A stretch of DNA of 64,000 nucleotides, from positions 19,096,001-19,160,000 of the forward strand of contig NC_043023.1 of NCBI RefSeq assembly GCF_006345805.1, in the 5' to 3' direction. Position 1 is the first letter of the stretch. Every line of letters starts with the position of its first letter. Under the pieces are notes generated by a model, which saw nothing but the letters and a program-made list of their open reading frames with translations, was not told the origin of the DNA and searched no databases. This DNA is from Octopus sinensis (lineage: Eukaryota). A program made the translations under genes and the position numbers. This document shows, in pieces, positions 1 to 12,365 of the stretch.

Positions 1-340
1 TGGCACCTTGGGCAAGTGTTTTCTACTATAGCCTTGGGCCGACCGAAGCCTTGTGAGTGGATTTGGTAGATGGAAACTGAAAGAAGCCCGTCGTATATAT
101 GTATATATATATGTGTGTGTGTGTATGTTTGAATATGTGTTTGTCCCCCACCAATATCGCTTGACAACCAATGCTGGTGTGTTTACGTTCCCGTAACTTA
201 GCGATTCGGCAAAAGATACCGATAGAATAAATACTAGGCTTACAAAGAATAAATCCTGGGGTCGATTTGCTCGACTAAAGGCGGTGCTCCAGCATGGCCG
301 CAGTCAAATGACTGAAACAAGTAAAAGAGTAATAGAGTAA
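1..340 (+). mobile_element. SINE family A (tRNA head + core, (TA)n/(TG)n spacer, tail ending in GAGTAAAA repeats), 5' end cut by the window
   Basis: Matches the full copies at 55285 and 57072. Confidence 0.9.
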
Positions 341-418
341 GCTAAATGTTTTCTACACCCGACATGTTTTCTACGTGTATATCTGGAAAATTTTGTTGGA
401 GTATTCATTTTTAAAGCA

Positions 419-474
<56 letters not shown>

Positions 475-678
475 CAGGGAAAGGAATGATTCTAAAAAAA
501 ATATTTCCAATTCCACCCTTCATAGTTACAATCTTTGGAGGAATTCAGCAAAATCATTTCTTCCTAATTTGTATCTCTGGAAATTTTCGTCATAAAATCG
601 GTCGGTGGAGCATACGTCTATATTTTGGGAATGTAATTACGTTACATATTTTATATATATTTTAAATTCCTACAGAAT

Positions 679-1250
679 AGGTGCAGGAGTGGCTGTGTGG
701 TAAGTAGCTTGTCTATCAACCACATGGTTCTGGGTTCAGTCCCACTGCGTGGCATCTTGGGTAAGCGTCTTCTACTACTACAGGCTCAGGCCGACCAAAG
801 CCTTGTGAGTGGATTTGGTAGACGGAAACTGAAAGAAGCCCATTGTATATATGTATATATATATATATATGCGTGTGTGTGTTTGTGTGTCTGTGTTTAT
901 TCCCCTAGCATTGCTTGACAACCGATGCTGGTGTGTTTATGTCCCCGTTACTTATGACTGAAACAAGTAAAAGAGTAAAAGAGTATATATATATATATAT
1001 ATTATATAGAGGGCATTATTACACATAAATGCCTCACACTAAGAGGGACATAAGTCATTACTACCCCTAGCATTGCTTGACAACCGATGCTGGTGTGTTT
1101 ACGTCCCCGTCACTTAGCGGTTCGGCAAAAAGCGACCGATAGAATAAGTACTGGGCTTACAAAAGAATAAGTCCCGGGGTCGAGTTCCTCGATTAAAGGC
1201 GGTGCTCCAGCATGGCCGCAGTCAAATGACTGAAACAAGTAAAATAGTAA
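679..1250 (+). mobile_element. SINE family A with duplicated tail half; specific to copy 1
   Basis: TSD AGAAT at 674-678 and 1251-1255; empty site TTCCTACAGAATGGGTG at about 24781 in copy 2; A-box-like TGGCTGTGTGG and B-box-like GGTTCAGTCCC. Confidence 0.92.
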
Positions 1251-2368
1251 AGAATGGGTGAATGTTTTAAATACTTCTATTATTTACAAACATCGTTGAT
1301 TTACCTATTTCCAGGTGTGAATACAGAGTAATTGCTTCAATTTGAACCTGGTCTGGGGAGTTTCTCACCTGGGATTTCTAATGGTTATATAAATGGGATC
1401 CAGTCCAATCATAAATTCACAAATTGTTATTGTATTTCAGCAGGAAAAACAAAAAGAAAAGAGTTAAAAAGAACGAACTATACATAAGGGTGGAGTTCAG
1501 GTCTAAGCACCCTTCTCCTTCCTTTTCTTTTTTTTTTTCTCTCCCCCAAATTTCTTCGGATTCCTGTTTTCCTAATAACTTCAAGAAAAAGGGTATTTTT
1601 AATGAAAGAGTTATGAAATAATTACAATTGCCGAGTTTGTGTGTCTGTCATAAATGTCATAGGTATCCTTTATCTTTTACATGTTTCGGTCATTTGACTG
1701 CGACCATACTGGGGCACCGCCTTGAAGGTTTTAGTCGAACGATCGATTCCAGGACTTTTTTTTTAAGCCTTATATTTATTCTATCGGCCTTTTTCGCAAA
1801 ACCAGGACATAAACACACCAACACCTGTTGTCAAACGGTGATAGGATACAAACGCAAACAAACTATACATAAGAGTGGAGTTCAGGTCTAAGCACCCTCC
1901 TCCTTCCTTTTCTGTTTTTTTTCTCTCCCCCAAATTTCTTCGGATTCCTGTTTTCCTAATAACTTCAAGAAAAACGGATATTTTTAATGAAATTTTCTAT
2001 AAATACGCTTCAGATGGTACAAACTCCGATTATATCAGAATTTGTTGAGGAAGAATTTTTCTGTGGGTGAGAAAAGGGGTTTCAGAAAATCCCAACGAGT
2101 CGGGGTGAGGCACACAAGTAGAGGTAGGCTGAATTTTCTTACCTGTTGCTTTCTTTAGTCCGGATATTTTTAGTATCCTAATTTGACACAGCAAACTTCT
2201 GTTTTGAATGTGAATGTTGTCTTGAATGACATAATTTTAAATACAAAGGTAGGCGTACTAAACAGAAAGAGGAATATTTATGAATGGTGATAGGGGGGAT
2301 AGTAAGAGATAAGAGGAAGGGAGGGAAAGGCTGTTGTGACATAAAGGTGTCAACTGCTTTATATTATA

Positions 2369-2752
2369 CTAGCAGTATCGCCCGGCGTTGCTCAGGTTTG
2401 TAAGGGAAATAACTATAAAGCATTTTTAGAGAGTTATAGCCAAAAAATAGCAAAAAAATGGAAAAAAAATGATGGTAAATTTTTTTTGAGGATTAAAAAA
2501 GGTGGAGTTGCGTCCCCTAGACGGTCTGTGGTTTGGGTTTCAGATTCTCGACCCCATGTCGAATTTATCGATTTTTTTCAGAACTGGGGGAACTTTTCAA
2601 AATATTCGCTGCGTTAGTTTTGAATTATGACATTGGGCTATGTGTGTGTCAAGTTTCATCAGAATCGGTTGAAAGCCGTGGTCAGAGTGAGGGTACGAGA
2701 AAACAGACACACAGAAAACGCACAGACAAACTGCCGTTTATATATAGAGAGA
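2369..2752 (-). mobile_element. Non-autonomous Helitron
   Basis: Minus strand 5'-TC...hairpin...CTAG-3' inserted between A and T with no TSD; empty site TTTATATTATATATCACGTG at about 25961. Confidence 0.9.
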
Positions 2753-3053
2753 TATCACGTGATCACGTGACCGACCAGGCTATCAGATGTAGTTACACAT
2801 CGCTGGTCACAATGCATTCGCATTGTTTTAGCCTTCGAATGACGTCACCCCGCTGGCTAAGCGAGCAGGCCAACAGAAGAAAGAGTGAGAGAAAGTTGTG
2901 GCGAAAGAGTAGAGCAGGGGTCGCCACCACCCCCTGCCGGAGCCTCGTGGAGCTTTTAGGTGTTTTCGCTCAATAAACACACACAACGCCCGGTCTGGGA
3001 ATCGAAACCGCGATCCTACGACCGCTGCCCTAACTACTGGGCCATTGCGCCTC
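2753..3053 (-). mobile_element. SINE family C (tRNA-derived; head GGAGGCGCAATGGCCCAGTGG)
   Basis: Reverse complement of the plus-strand copy at 49348-49635; Pol III A/B box-like motifs. Confidence 0.85.
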
Positions 3054-3193
3054 TACATATTATATATACTTTATACTATATATATAAATCAACAGCAAAG
3101 TAACAATACCTCATTCTTTCTTCTTATCAGTTACCGGGGGGGGGGGGCCTTATGTGTGTGTGTGTGTGTCTTTGTGTCAGTATTTGACAACTG

Positions 3194-4035
3194 GGATCTT
3201 TTCCGTTTGAACGGCAGTTTTTTCTACCGGTGTCATATGAAATTGTCACCCATAATTATGACCCTAGTATCGATCTATTGCATTTCAATCTGTTTTAGGG
3301 TTAGGGGTGAGTTAGGGGTGGTGGAAGGGTATCTTTTTTTGTCTTCACAAATGTAAATAAACCCAATCTGTTTCTTAAACGAGGGACATTTTCATATGGC
3401 ACAGAATGTTTTCATCTCAATAGACGTCATTGATTGGTTGAAATTGCAGAAATTGAAGAAAAAAAAAACAACAAATATCTTACAAACTATAGAATTTTCT
3501 CAATAAAGCCAAGAGAAAAAGATGTTTTATAAACACATTCTACCAGTATACGAAGTTAAAAGTGTTTAGTTACCTACTCTTTTACTCTTTTACTTGTTTC
3601 AGTCATTTGACTGCGGCCATGCTGGAGCACACGCCTTTAGTCGAGCATATCGACCCCGGAACTTATTCTTTGGAAGCCCAGTACTTATTCTATCAGTATC
3701 TTTTGCCGAAACGCTAAGTAAGTAATGGGGACGTAAACACACCAGCATCGGTGTCAAGCAATGCTAGGGGAACAAACACAGACACAAAACATATACACAC
3801 ACACTTATACATATATACATATATACGACGGGCTTCTTTCAGTTTCTGTCTCCCAAATCCACTCACAAGGCATTGGTCGGCCCGTGGCTATAGCAGAAGA
3901 CACTTGCCCAAGATGCCACGCAGTGGGACTGAACCCGGAACCATGTGGTTGGTTAGCAAGCTACTTACCACACAGCCACTTTATATATACCTAGAAATTA
4001 TTTTAAAAAACTAACGTTCAAACCGAAAAGATATC
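3194..4035. mobile_element. About 410-bp MITE (TIR GGATCTTTTCGGTTTGAACGGCAGTTTTT) interrupted by a SINE A
   Basis: TIRs at both ends; same element at 26858, 41389 and 49996. Confidence 0.85.
3577..3987 (-). mobile_element. SINE family A nested in the MITE
   Basis: Near-full reverse-complement copy, head slightly truncated; TSD TACCTA at 3571-3576 and 3988-3993. Confidence 0.88.
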
Positions 4036-5224
4036 TGACAATGGTGTGTTTATGTCACCTTGACATAGCAGTTCAACAGAAAAAACCGATAGAATAAGTA
4101 CTATGCTTCAAATATATAACATTCTGCTTCATTTTTATTTCTTTTCATTACCATTTTGTCTTTGTCTTTTTAATTAAAAAACAAACAAACCATTCCTTCT
4201 AACATCATTAGCAGAAACTGTAACATCAAAGATGTTATGAATATAATAACAACTACCGAGTCTGTGTGTCTGTCGTAAATGTCATGGGTATCATATATCT
4301 TTTACATGTTTCAGTCATTCGACTGCGACCATACTGGGGCACCGCCTTGAAGTGTTTTAGTCGAACGAATCGATTCCAGGACTTTTTTTTTAAAACCTTA
4401 TACTTATTCTATCGGCCTTTTTCGCAAAACCAGGACATAAACACACCAACACCTGTTGTCAAACGGTGATAGGACACAAACGCAAACACACGCACACGCA
4501 CACACACACACGTACACTGAGCTTCCTTTCAGTTTCCATCTACCAGATCCATTCGCAAGGCCTTAGCGAGTCCGAGGAAATAGAAGACACTTGCCCGAGA
4601 TATATCAAAACAAAAAGGGGATTTATAAGGTATTCGTAATCAAGAGGAAACACATCTTAAGCTCTTTGGGATTAAAAAATTTCAGTCAAACATTCCACCT
4701 ATCGGCCTTTTTCGCAAAACCAGGACATAAACCACACCAACACCTGTTGTCAAACGGTGATAGGACACAAACGCAAACACACGCACACGCACACACACAC
4801 ACACACGTACACTGGGCTTCCATTCAGTTTCCATCTACCAGATCCATTCGCAAGGCCTTAGTGAGTCCGAGGAAATAGAAGACACTTGCCCGAGATATAT
4901 CAAAACAAAAAGGGGATTTATTAGGTATTCGTAATCAAGAGGAAACACACCTTAAGCTCTTTGGGATTAAAAAATTTCAGTCAAACATTCCATCAAGATA
5001 TAAAGTTGTGCTATCAACCCTCCCTTAGTTAAGTAGATATGGAAGGTGGGGGTGGGTGCTTTCTGATAAAAATGAACATGGATTCTATCACAAAATTTTA
5101 CCTGATTTTCATTGGTCTGAGTGGATGACAAAAGGACGTTAAATTCTCAATCTGACACATAGGAAATTTCAGATTTCACTACACCTTAATGTAAAGCTAT
5201 TCTTTCCCCCCCCTCTCTCTCTCT

Positions 5225-5261
<37 letters not shown>

Positions 5262-5375
5262 CAATTATTTCCTTTCCAGATGCAATCTGTAAATAGTAAC
5301 TATTTTTTGTTGTTTTTTTTTGCTGTTGTACTTTTTCTCTGCCACCCAGCTTTTCTTTTTATTGTTGTTAAACAA

Positions 5376-5543
5376 GGCACAGGAGTGGCTGTGTGGTAAG
5401 TAGCTTGCTAACCAACCACATGGTTCCAGGTTCAGTCCCACTGCGTGACACCTTGGGCAAGTGTCTTCTATAGCCTCGGGCCGACCAATGCCTTGTGAGT
5501 GGATTTGGTAGACGGAAACTGAAAGAAGCCCGTCGTATATATG

Positions 5544-5578
<35 letters not shown>

Positions 5579-5799
5579 TTGTGTGTCTATGTTTGTCCCC
5601 CCTAGCATTGCTTGACAACCGATGCTGGTGTGTTTATGTCCCCGTCACTTAGCGGTTCGGCAAAAGAGACCGATAGAATAAGTACTGGGCTTACAAAAGA
5701 ATAAGTCCCGGGGTCGAATTGCTCGATTAAAGGCGGTGCTCCAGCATTGCCGCAGTCAAAATGACTGAAACAAGTAAAAGAGTAAAAGGGTAAAAGAGT
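5376..5799 (+). mobile_element. SINE family A
   Basis: Full head-spacer-tail structure. Confidence 0.9.
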
Positions 5800-5904
5800 T
5801 ATACAAGAAAAAAAAAACTCGTCTCTCATGGTTTTAAAACGCTTGCCTTCTTCTTTATATCATCCACAACGTAAAACATTAATGCAAAATAGGTGACCCT
5901 CACC

Positions 5905-6781
5905 TCTCTTTTACTCTTTACTCTTTTACTTGTTTCAGTCATTTGACTGTGGCCATGCTGGAGCACCACCTTTTTAGACAAGCAAATCGATCCCCCCCAG
6001 GACTTATTCTTCGTAAGCCTAGTACTTGTTCTATCGGTCTCTTTTGCCGAACCGCTAAGTTTACTCTTTTACTCGTTTCAGTCATTTGACTGTGGCCATG
6101 CTGGAGCACCACTTTTTTAGTCGAGCAAATCGAACCCAGGACTTATTCTTTGTAAGCCTAGTACTTGTTCTATCGGTCTCTTTTGCCGAACCGCTAAGTT
6201 TACTCTTTTACTCGTTTCAGTCATTTGACTGTGGCCATGCTGGAGCACCACCTTTTTAGTTGAGCAAATCGACACCAGGACTTATTCTTCGTAAGCCTAG
6301 TACATTTTCTATCGGTCTCTTTTGCCGAACCGCTAAGTTACGGGGACGTAAACACACCAGCATCGGTTGTCAAGCGATGTTGGGGGGACAAACACAGACA
6401 CCCACACACACACATATATATATGTATACATATATATACGACAGGTTTCTTTCAGTTTCCGTCTACGAAATCCACTCACAAGGCTTTGGTTGGCCCGAGG
6501 CTATAGTAGAAGACACTTGCCCAAGATGCCACGCAGTGGACTGAACCCGGAACCATCTGGTTGGTAAGCAAGCTACTTACCACACAGCAACTCCTGCGCT
6601 TATATATATATACATATATACGACGGGTTTCTTTCAGTTTCCGTCTACCAAATCCACTCACAAGGCTTTGGTCGGCCGAGGCTATAGTAGAAGACACTTG
6701 CCCAGGTGCCACGCAGTGGGACTGAAACCGGAACCATGTGGTTGGTAAGCAAGCTACTTACCACACAGCAACTCCTGCGCT
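5905..6781 (-). mobile_element. SINE family A with three tail modules and two head modules
   Basis: Tail block repeated at about 5905, 6060 and 6200; head block at about 6440 and 6620. Confidence 0.85.
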
Positions 6782-7160
6782 TATATATATATCTATGTTC
6801 GATTATTTGCTTTCCAGATGCAATCGGTAAAAAGTAACTTTTCTTTGTTGTTTTTTTTTACTGTTGTACTCTTTTCTCGGTGACCCAGCTTTTCTGTTTA
6901 TTGTTGTTAAACAAAGTATCTTTATACAAGAAAAAAACTCGTCTGTCATGGTTTTAAAACGCTTGCCTTCTTTTTATATATCATCCAAACATAAAACATT
7001 AATGCAAATAGGTGACCCTGACCTGTGGAATCTTATTTGGCAACTGACGCAAATAATGATCAAAACAAACTTCTACAACTTTTAAGCAAACTTTTTCAGA
7101 TTTGTGAACAATACAGGTGAATGGTTGTATTACTATTTTGTGAATATTTGTGAACAATAC

Positions 7161-7905
7161 AGGTGCAGGAGTGGCTGTGTGGTAAGTAGCTTGCTTACCA
7201 ACCACATGGTTCTGGGTTCAGTCCCACTGAGTGGGACCTTGGGCAGGTATCTTCTTCTATAGTCTTGGGCCAACCAAAGCCTTGTGACTGGATGTAGTAG
7301 ACGGAATCTGAAAAAAGCCCGTTGTATATATGTGTCTGGCACCTGTGTTGGTGGCACATAAAAAACACCATCCGAGCGTGGCCGTCTGCCAGCCTCGTCT
7401 GGCACCTGTGTTGGTGGCACATAAAAAACACCATCCGAGCGTGGCCGTCTGCCAGCCTCGTCTGGCACCTGTGTCGGTGGCACATAAAATCACCCACTAC
7501 ATTCTCGGAGTGGTTGGCGTTAGGAAGGGCATCCAGCTGTAGAAACACTGCCAGATCTGACTGGCCTGGTGCAGCCTTTGGGCTTGCCAGACCCCAGTTG
7601 AACCGTCCAACCCATGCTAGCATGGAAAGCGGACGTTAAACGATGATGATGATGATGATGATATATATATCACCATCCGAGCGTGGCCGTTCGCCAGCCT
7701 CGTCTGGCACCTGTGTCGGTGGCACATAAAATCACCCACTACATTCTCGGAGTGGTTGGCGTTAGGAAGGGCATCCAGCTGTAGAAACACTGCCAGATCT
7801 GACTGGCCTGGTGCAGCCTTCGGGCTCCCCAGACCCCAGTTGAACCGTCCAACCCATGCTAGCATGGAAAGCGGACGTTAAACGATGATGATGATATATA
7901 ATATG

Positions 7906-7954
<49 letters not shown>

Positions 7955-8198
7955 ATATATTATATATATATATATATATGTATATGTATGTTTGCGTGTC
8001 TGTGTTTGTCCCCCCAACATCACTTGACAATCGATGCTGGGTATTTACGTCCCCGTAACTAAGTGGTTCGGCAAAAGAGACCAATAGAATAAGTACTGGG
8101 CTTACAAAGAATAAGTCCTGGGGTCGATTTGCTCGACTAAAGGTGGTGCTCCAGCATGGCCACAGTCACAAAAGAGTAAAAAACAAAAGAGTAAAAGA
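7161..8198 (+). mobile_element. SINE family A interrupted by two RTE-tail elements
   Basis: Head at 7161, tail at about 8000-8198; the paralog at 31693-32127 is uninterrupted. Confidence 0.85.
7330..7895 (+). mobile_element. Two tandem RTE-type-tail SINE-like elements ending in (GAT)n
   Basis: GGAAGGGCATCCAGCTGTAGAAAC...AAACGATGATGATG twice; short internal tandem unit at 7335-7490. Confidence 0.75.
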
Positions 8199-8519
8199 GA
8201 ATATAACCATTCACCTTTCTCTCTCTCTCTCTCTCTCTCTCTCCCTCTTTCTCTCCCCCTCTCTCGCTTTCTTTCACTCTCTTCCTCTTCCTCTCCCCCA
8301 CTCTCTCTCTCTTTCTTTTGCTGAGCTAGCAGAATCATTAGACTGTGGCCATTCTGGGGCACCACCTTAAAGAACTTTCAGTCGAGGCAATTGAACCGAA
8401 GACTTTTTTTTAAAGCCAGGTTCTCCTTTTGCCGAACCGCTAATCTAAAGAGATGCAAAATACACAGGAACTATGGTCAAGCGCTGGGTGAATCCAATCA
8501 CAGACGGAAAGACACACAC

Positions 8520-8991
8520 ACACACACATGTGTGTGTGTAATATATATATATATATATAATAGTATATAATAATATATAATACTATATATATACATACAT
8601 ACATACATTATTGATATGTATGTATGTCTATATATATATATATGTATATGTATATATACATATATATATACGATAATGTATACATATATATTATATACAT
8701 ATATATAATATATATAATATATATATAACATATACAGTTTTTTACATATATATTTACGTATAGATATTACATATATATACATACTATATATATTATACAT
8801 ATTATACATATATATATATATAACTATATATTATATATATATAACATATATATACAAACATATATATAAATACATATATATACATATATAGACCATACAT
8901 AATATAACATACATATATACTACATATATATATATACACATAGCCTATATACATATATATTACATATATATATACATATATTATATATAGA

Positions 8992-9023
<32 letters not shown>

Positions 9024-9068
9024 CTATATATTATATACATTATATTTATATATATACATATATATATA
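8520..9068. repeat. Degenerate (TA)n/(TACA)n microsatellite tract
   Basis: Directly visible. Confidence 0.95.
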
Positions 9069-11545
9069 AACTTAGATTAAACTTAGATATGTTTCGACCA
9101 AAGATTGGTCCAGGCCATGTCTAACTTAATAGCACCATGATAGGATTATTCAAATCCTTTTTAAGTCAAGTTTTGTTCAAGTAGTGAGTTCTTGTTGGGT
9201 GAGTTGTATCCAGTTTTTGTTCAAGTAGTGAGTTCTTGTGGGGTGAGTTGTATCCAGTTATGGGTGGCTTATCTGAAATTCTTTGAAGGAATCTATCCAG
9301 ACTCTGTTTAAAGTGATGGGATCCTTTTCCTCTTTGATCTCTCGGGACAATGTTAAATAGGGCAGGGCCTGTTGAGGAAAAGAATTATGTTGCTGTGTAC
9401 ATGTATGTTGTGATCTTGAATTGGGCAGGGGACGTATAGCCCATGGTCCAAGTCTTGGATGAATCTTGAAGCTAATGTTTAGGTCGTTTGGGCAAAGTTG
9501 GCGGTATATTCTCCACATTGTACAAATGATGTACCGCTCACGGCGACGCTGGAGGGAGTAAAGTTTCAAGGCTTAATGCGATCCCAATAATCGAGAGCAG
9601 CCATGCCTTCAATTCGTTTAGTGAGTGCCCTCTGGGGTGACTCAATTCTGGAGGTGTTTTGTCCTTGTGTGAGGAGACCACAGTGGGCAGCAGTATTCAA
9701 GGGTGTGGCCGTCAAAGGAGGAAAAAAGTGTATGATGACACTTGTTCTCTGGACCGGAAAGTTCTTAAGATCCAGGAACTCATCCTACGAGCTATATCGA
9801 CCTTCTTGTTGATGTGTGCACTCAACTGAGATCGTCATCAACAATTACACCCAGGTCTCTGATATTGTTAGAGGCTGTGAGCGGTTCCCCTGAAGGAAGA
9901 GTATGGTTGGTTTAGTTGAGGAGTTTCTTCAAAATGCATCAGCTCAAATTTTCCCTCATTCAGTTGCATTTTGTTTCTGTCTGCCCATTGACTCACAGCA
10001 TATAGATCAGACTGGAGTTGAGTTCGGTCTGCTTCTTCATTGACGATTTGCTGGAGCTTGGTGTCATCAGCAAATATTTTCACTTTGCAGTAATGTATGA
10101 CACTGGAAAGGTCGTTTATGTAGATTATGAAGAGTAGCGGACCCAAGACAGTCCCCTGGGGGACACCGCTGGTAACTTTTGCTGGGCTTGAGTGGACTCC
10201 ATCAACTACAACATGTTGTGTTCTATTCGCCAGGAAATACTTAATCCAGTGTAGAACTTTTCCACGGATTCCAACATTTGCCAATTTTGAGAGTAGGATA
10301 TTATGGTCTACCCTGTCGAACGCTTTACTGAAGTCAAGATATATGACGTCAGAGTTCGAACCTGTTCCCAAGGCTTTGAGTACATCTTCAATGTGGTGTA
10401 AGAGATGTGTTAGACAGTCCCTGCCACAGCAAAAGCCATGCTGTTTTGCATTTAGGAGTTTCTGGGTCTCCAGGAAGTCAGCCATCCTTGATCTTAATAC
10501 TCTTTCAAACACTTTGATGATGTGGGAGGTGAGTGAGATTGGGCGATAGTTGAGTGCGAGGGATCTGTTTCCCTGTTTGAAAACCGGGATGACTGACTGG
10601 GATAGAAACTGTTTTGGTATATAACCTGCATCTAACGAATTTCTCCAGAGGTTGGTCAGAGGGACTGCAAGTTGGTGTTTACATTCCTTCAGGAGACTAG
10701 CGGGGAATCTATCAGGGCCTACAGCAGAGTAGTATTTGACCTCATTTATTGCTGCTACGATGTCAGTGGCAATGAAGGTTATGTCTGAGATTTTATGTTG
10801 GGAGTCAACTTCGTTCGCTTCTCTCTTACGTCAATATCAGTGGGAACACTGAAGACAGAGCAGTATTGTTTCTGCAGTATTTCTGCCATTTCTTTAGCAT
10901 CGTGTTGGGGAATGCCGTTATCATCAATCAATGGCCCAATGGGTGAGACAGTGGTTCTATGCTTATTTGCATAAGAATAGAACACTTTTGGGTTCTGTGT
11001 GATGTTTTTGATTACCCACTGTTCCTCCGCAGCTCTTTGATTTTCAATGGAGGTTTTCATGTCGGTCTGCAGATGAAGTTTTTCCAGCTCTAGCCTTTTC
11101 ATTGTTGTTGAACGTGGATGTTGTTTGTGGGAATATTTTAATTGGTTGATTTTTTTGTTAAGTCTTTTGATGCGCCTGATGAGTGTTTTCTTCTTTTTTA
11201 GGGAGCCGATTTCTGTTTGTGTTAGTAGATTCGTGGGAGCGTGTTTAGAGCATGTATATGTGACAATGTTTTCAAAGTGCTGCCATGCGGTCTCAATATG
11301 AGGGGAATTGAGAGTAAAAGACCAGTCGATGAAAGACAGATCCTTTCTGATTGCTCCCCAGTCCGCTTTGTGGAAGTTTATGTTGTCAAATGGGTGCCAT
11401 GGAGTGGGATTGGCTGGTTTGGTTTTTATATGTCGGGAATTGAAATTGCAGAGTACCATGTCGTGATCTGAGAGGAGAGTTTTTTCAACTGAAATACTGT
11501 GAACGAAGCTAGAGTGATTGGTCAATACCAGATCCAAGATCGTTT
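9068..11545 (-). mobile_element. 5'-truncated CR1/L2-group LINE (end of endonuclease, RT, C-terminus), frameshifted
   Basis: ORFs 10779-11537 (DLVLTN, SDH) and 9868-10512 (LDFSKAFDRVDH, SGVPQGTVLGPLLFIIYINDL, FADDTKL); 9258-9569 LYSLQRRRERY; short tandem 3' tail. Confidence 0.92.
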
Positions 11546-11640
11546 TATTCTCTCTCGTATATATAATTTGATGGAATATTATTCCAGACTTACAGGGAAA
11601 AATTCAATTTAGAAATACTAAATCAAATTAGAAAAAAAAA

Positions 11641-11887
11641 ACACCTTTATATCCATTCAAAATGAAAAATTAAATTACACACCATCTAGAAAATTACATA
11701 TAATAGAAGATTAAATATACGATAAAAAATATAACATTAATTAAGTAATATGCAAATATATACGTTTATTTATTATTTTGCACATTACTTAATTATCGTT
11801 ATTTTTTATCTTACATTTAATCTTCTATTATATGTAATTTTCTAGATGGTGTAATTTAATTTTTCATTTTGAATTGATAAAAGGTGG
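11641..11887. mobile_element. AT-rich fold-back (palindromic) element; also at 33981-34230
   Basis: Arms CACCTTT..TCAAAATGAAAAATTAAATTACACCATCTAGAAAATTACATATAATAGAA and its reverse complement. Confidence 0.75.
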
Positions 11888-12044
11888 TTTTCTGAAAGCA
11901 GAATTCTTCCCACAGAACAATTAAAAGCTAAAAGATGATTAGATCAATGCTCCACAACCTTTGTTTTATATTCTTTGCAAAATTCGGTGGCACACCTGGA
12001 CTAGAAATATGACTAATAGTATAGGGGAAAAAAATTATATTGAG

Positions 12045-12365
12045 GTTACACTACGGGACACCTAGCGTCGTCTCATGGCACACCATTGTGCCGCAGTAAA
12101 CTGGTTGAGGGGCACTGGTTCAGATGGTGCCTCAGAAGCAATCCAAAGAATTTGAACCTGCAATTTTTTGAAATCAAATTTTACTTTTTTGAAATTATAT
12201 TTTGAAATTATATTCAGGTTACACTACGGGACACCTAGCATCGTCTCATGGCACACCATTGTGCCACAGTAAACCAGTTGAGGGACACTGGTTTCGATGG
12301 TGCCTCAGAAGCAATCAAAATAATTTGAACCTGCAATTTGTTTTAATGAAATTTTACTTTTTTCT
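12045..12365. repeat. Tandem copies of a hAT-MITE-like half (two here, three at 34395-34900)
   Basis: Unit AGGTTACACTACGGGACACC...GGTTGAGGGGCACTG...GAACCTGCAATTTTT; the GGTTGAGGGGCACTG motif resembles a hAT TIR. Confidence 0.6.

Noticed and set aside
1300-1460. Splice-like signals (plus-strand TTTCAGCAG and TTTCCAG; minus-strand CAG|GTGAGA) conserved in both blocks
   Set aside because: No consistent acceptor-donor pair with an open frame on either strand.
2120-2270. Minus-strand ACAG|GTAAGA donor with upstream frame ..QIRILKISGLKKAT, also at about 25290
   Set aside because: The upstream frames disagree between the two paralogs, there is no compatible acceptor in frame, and no homology to the Ig-like gene exons.
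3297-3320. TTAGGG-like runs (also about 41483, 50098, 60181)
   Set aside because: One or two units embedded in MITEs; not interstitial telomeric arrays.
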